Shown in pieces: positions 62,925-64,000 of a stretch of 64,000 nt of DNA. The notes beneath the pieces are model-generated. The model had not been told where the DNA came from. It did not search any database and worked only from the letters and a program-made list of their open reading frames with translations. Source of the DNA: Callorhinchus milii (taxonomy: Eukaryota); the NCBI RefSeq assembly GCF_018977255.1, contig NW_024704745.1, positions 15,314,001-15,378,000 on the forward strand, read 5' to 3'. A program made the translations under genes and the position numbers. The first letter of the stretch is position 1; each line of letters opens with the position of its first letter.

Positions 62925-64000
62925 TATATATTTAATGACAATTATTTGTGTCTGTTTTCATGCTGACACACATGTATAATCATTAAACTCAATTCAGTAT
63001 GACCACCAAAAAACATTTTTAAAATTAAAAATGTTTCACGAATAATGACAGGGTAATACTACACAAGGTTGTAACACAATCATTGGGTTCTCATTGTGTC
63101 AAACTTTAAAATGTCATTGAGGGCCCTTAGTTCACTTACAATCTCATAAAAACTATGTGTACTGGATTATTCTCTTCCTCTCCTGAAACCATTCCTGCCG
63201 AGGTATGATTTCAAGGGTACAAAATACCCTCTGGTTCGTTTGCAGGTGGCCCTTATTTGTGAACTTTGTGAAACTCAGTAGCCTATTCAAGAATGGCAAA
63301 GCACACCTCATCCTGGCCAAACTCAACATCCATACATGTTCACTTTCTAGCAGAAGTCATTCAGATCCTGTCTGACTTTATCTCTGTTTTGCCAAGGCAC
63401 TGCTGCCCAAGAGATCAGTTAATTTACCACAGATCCTTTTCTTTTTATCGGGCCTGGTGACTGACACATCTGAAAACCTATCAATACACTTTAGAGTATT
63501 CCAAAGCAAACTAACAGTTCCACATAACTTAAAATTTCAATTTGTGTGGCAAACTAGCTAACTTGGTAGCATTTCTTGTGTCCACATCTAAGGTTGTGGT
63601 TATAAACCCCATGTCGGGGCTTGAGTTCACACAATCTAAGCTGACACTCCAATGCAGGGCTGAGAGGGTAATGTTGCGTTGTGCATTCATGGGATGAGAC
63701 GTTAAACCGAGACAGAGTCTGCATGTTCAAGTGGACGATAAAGATCCCATTGCACTATTTGAAAAGAGAAGGGAGTTTCTCCTGGTGTCCTAATTCACAA
63801 TCCTCCAAATAATATTTGGTATTTGTTTTATGGCTATTTGTGGGACATTGCTGTGTACAAATGGGCTGCCACATTCGCATATAAATACTCCTGCTCACAG
63901 TTTATTCGAATTCTGTTATAGAGTGCACAGTCTCTTCTTGGAGGAGGGAAGCATCCTGTTTATATAATTCCAGAGAGTTTAGAGATAAATTGCCAAGAGC

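Overview
Eukaryotic genomic DNA. The SINE, L2 and CR1 content suggests a cartilaginous fish, probably a holocephalan such as Callorhinchus (inference, not proven). There are three zones. (1) 1-5.8 kb and 24-41.7 kb form a complex, near-identical tandem amplicon with a ~9.75-kb macro-period and ~1.28-kb and ~2.6-kb sub-periods. It carries GT-AG-bounded, stop/frameshift-damaged exons of an unidentified minus-strand gene, L2 LINE fragments and three GC-rich minisatellites. (2) 5.8-13.8 kb holds a partial TCP1 (CCT-alpha) gene on the minus strand. Exons 5-9, 11 and 12 are intact with the expected sizes, but exon 10 is absent and exons 1-4 are not in the window. Its introns contain four H/ACA snoRNA candidates (two SNORA20-like, one SNORA29-like inside a U12-type intron, one unassigned). 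The fragment lies between a 30-N gap and a ~10.1-kb, almost perfectly homogeneous 16-bp satellite (GGCCCTTGCAGGGACC x ~633). (3) 41.7-64 kb is gene-poor and rich in tRNA-derived SINEs, L2/CR1 fragments, MITE-like elements and a Penelope-type remnant with a decayed hammerhead core. The 3,400-3,600-aa ORFs are artefacts of the stop-free satellite. Misassembly cannot be excluded for the satellite and TCP1 junctions.
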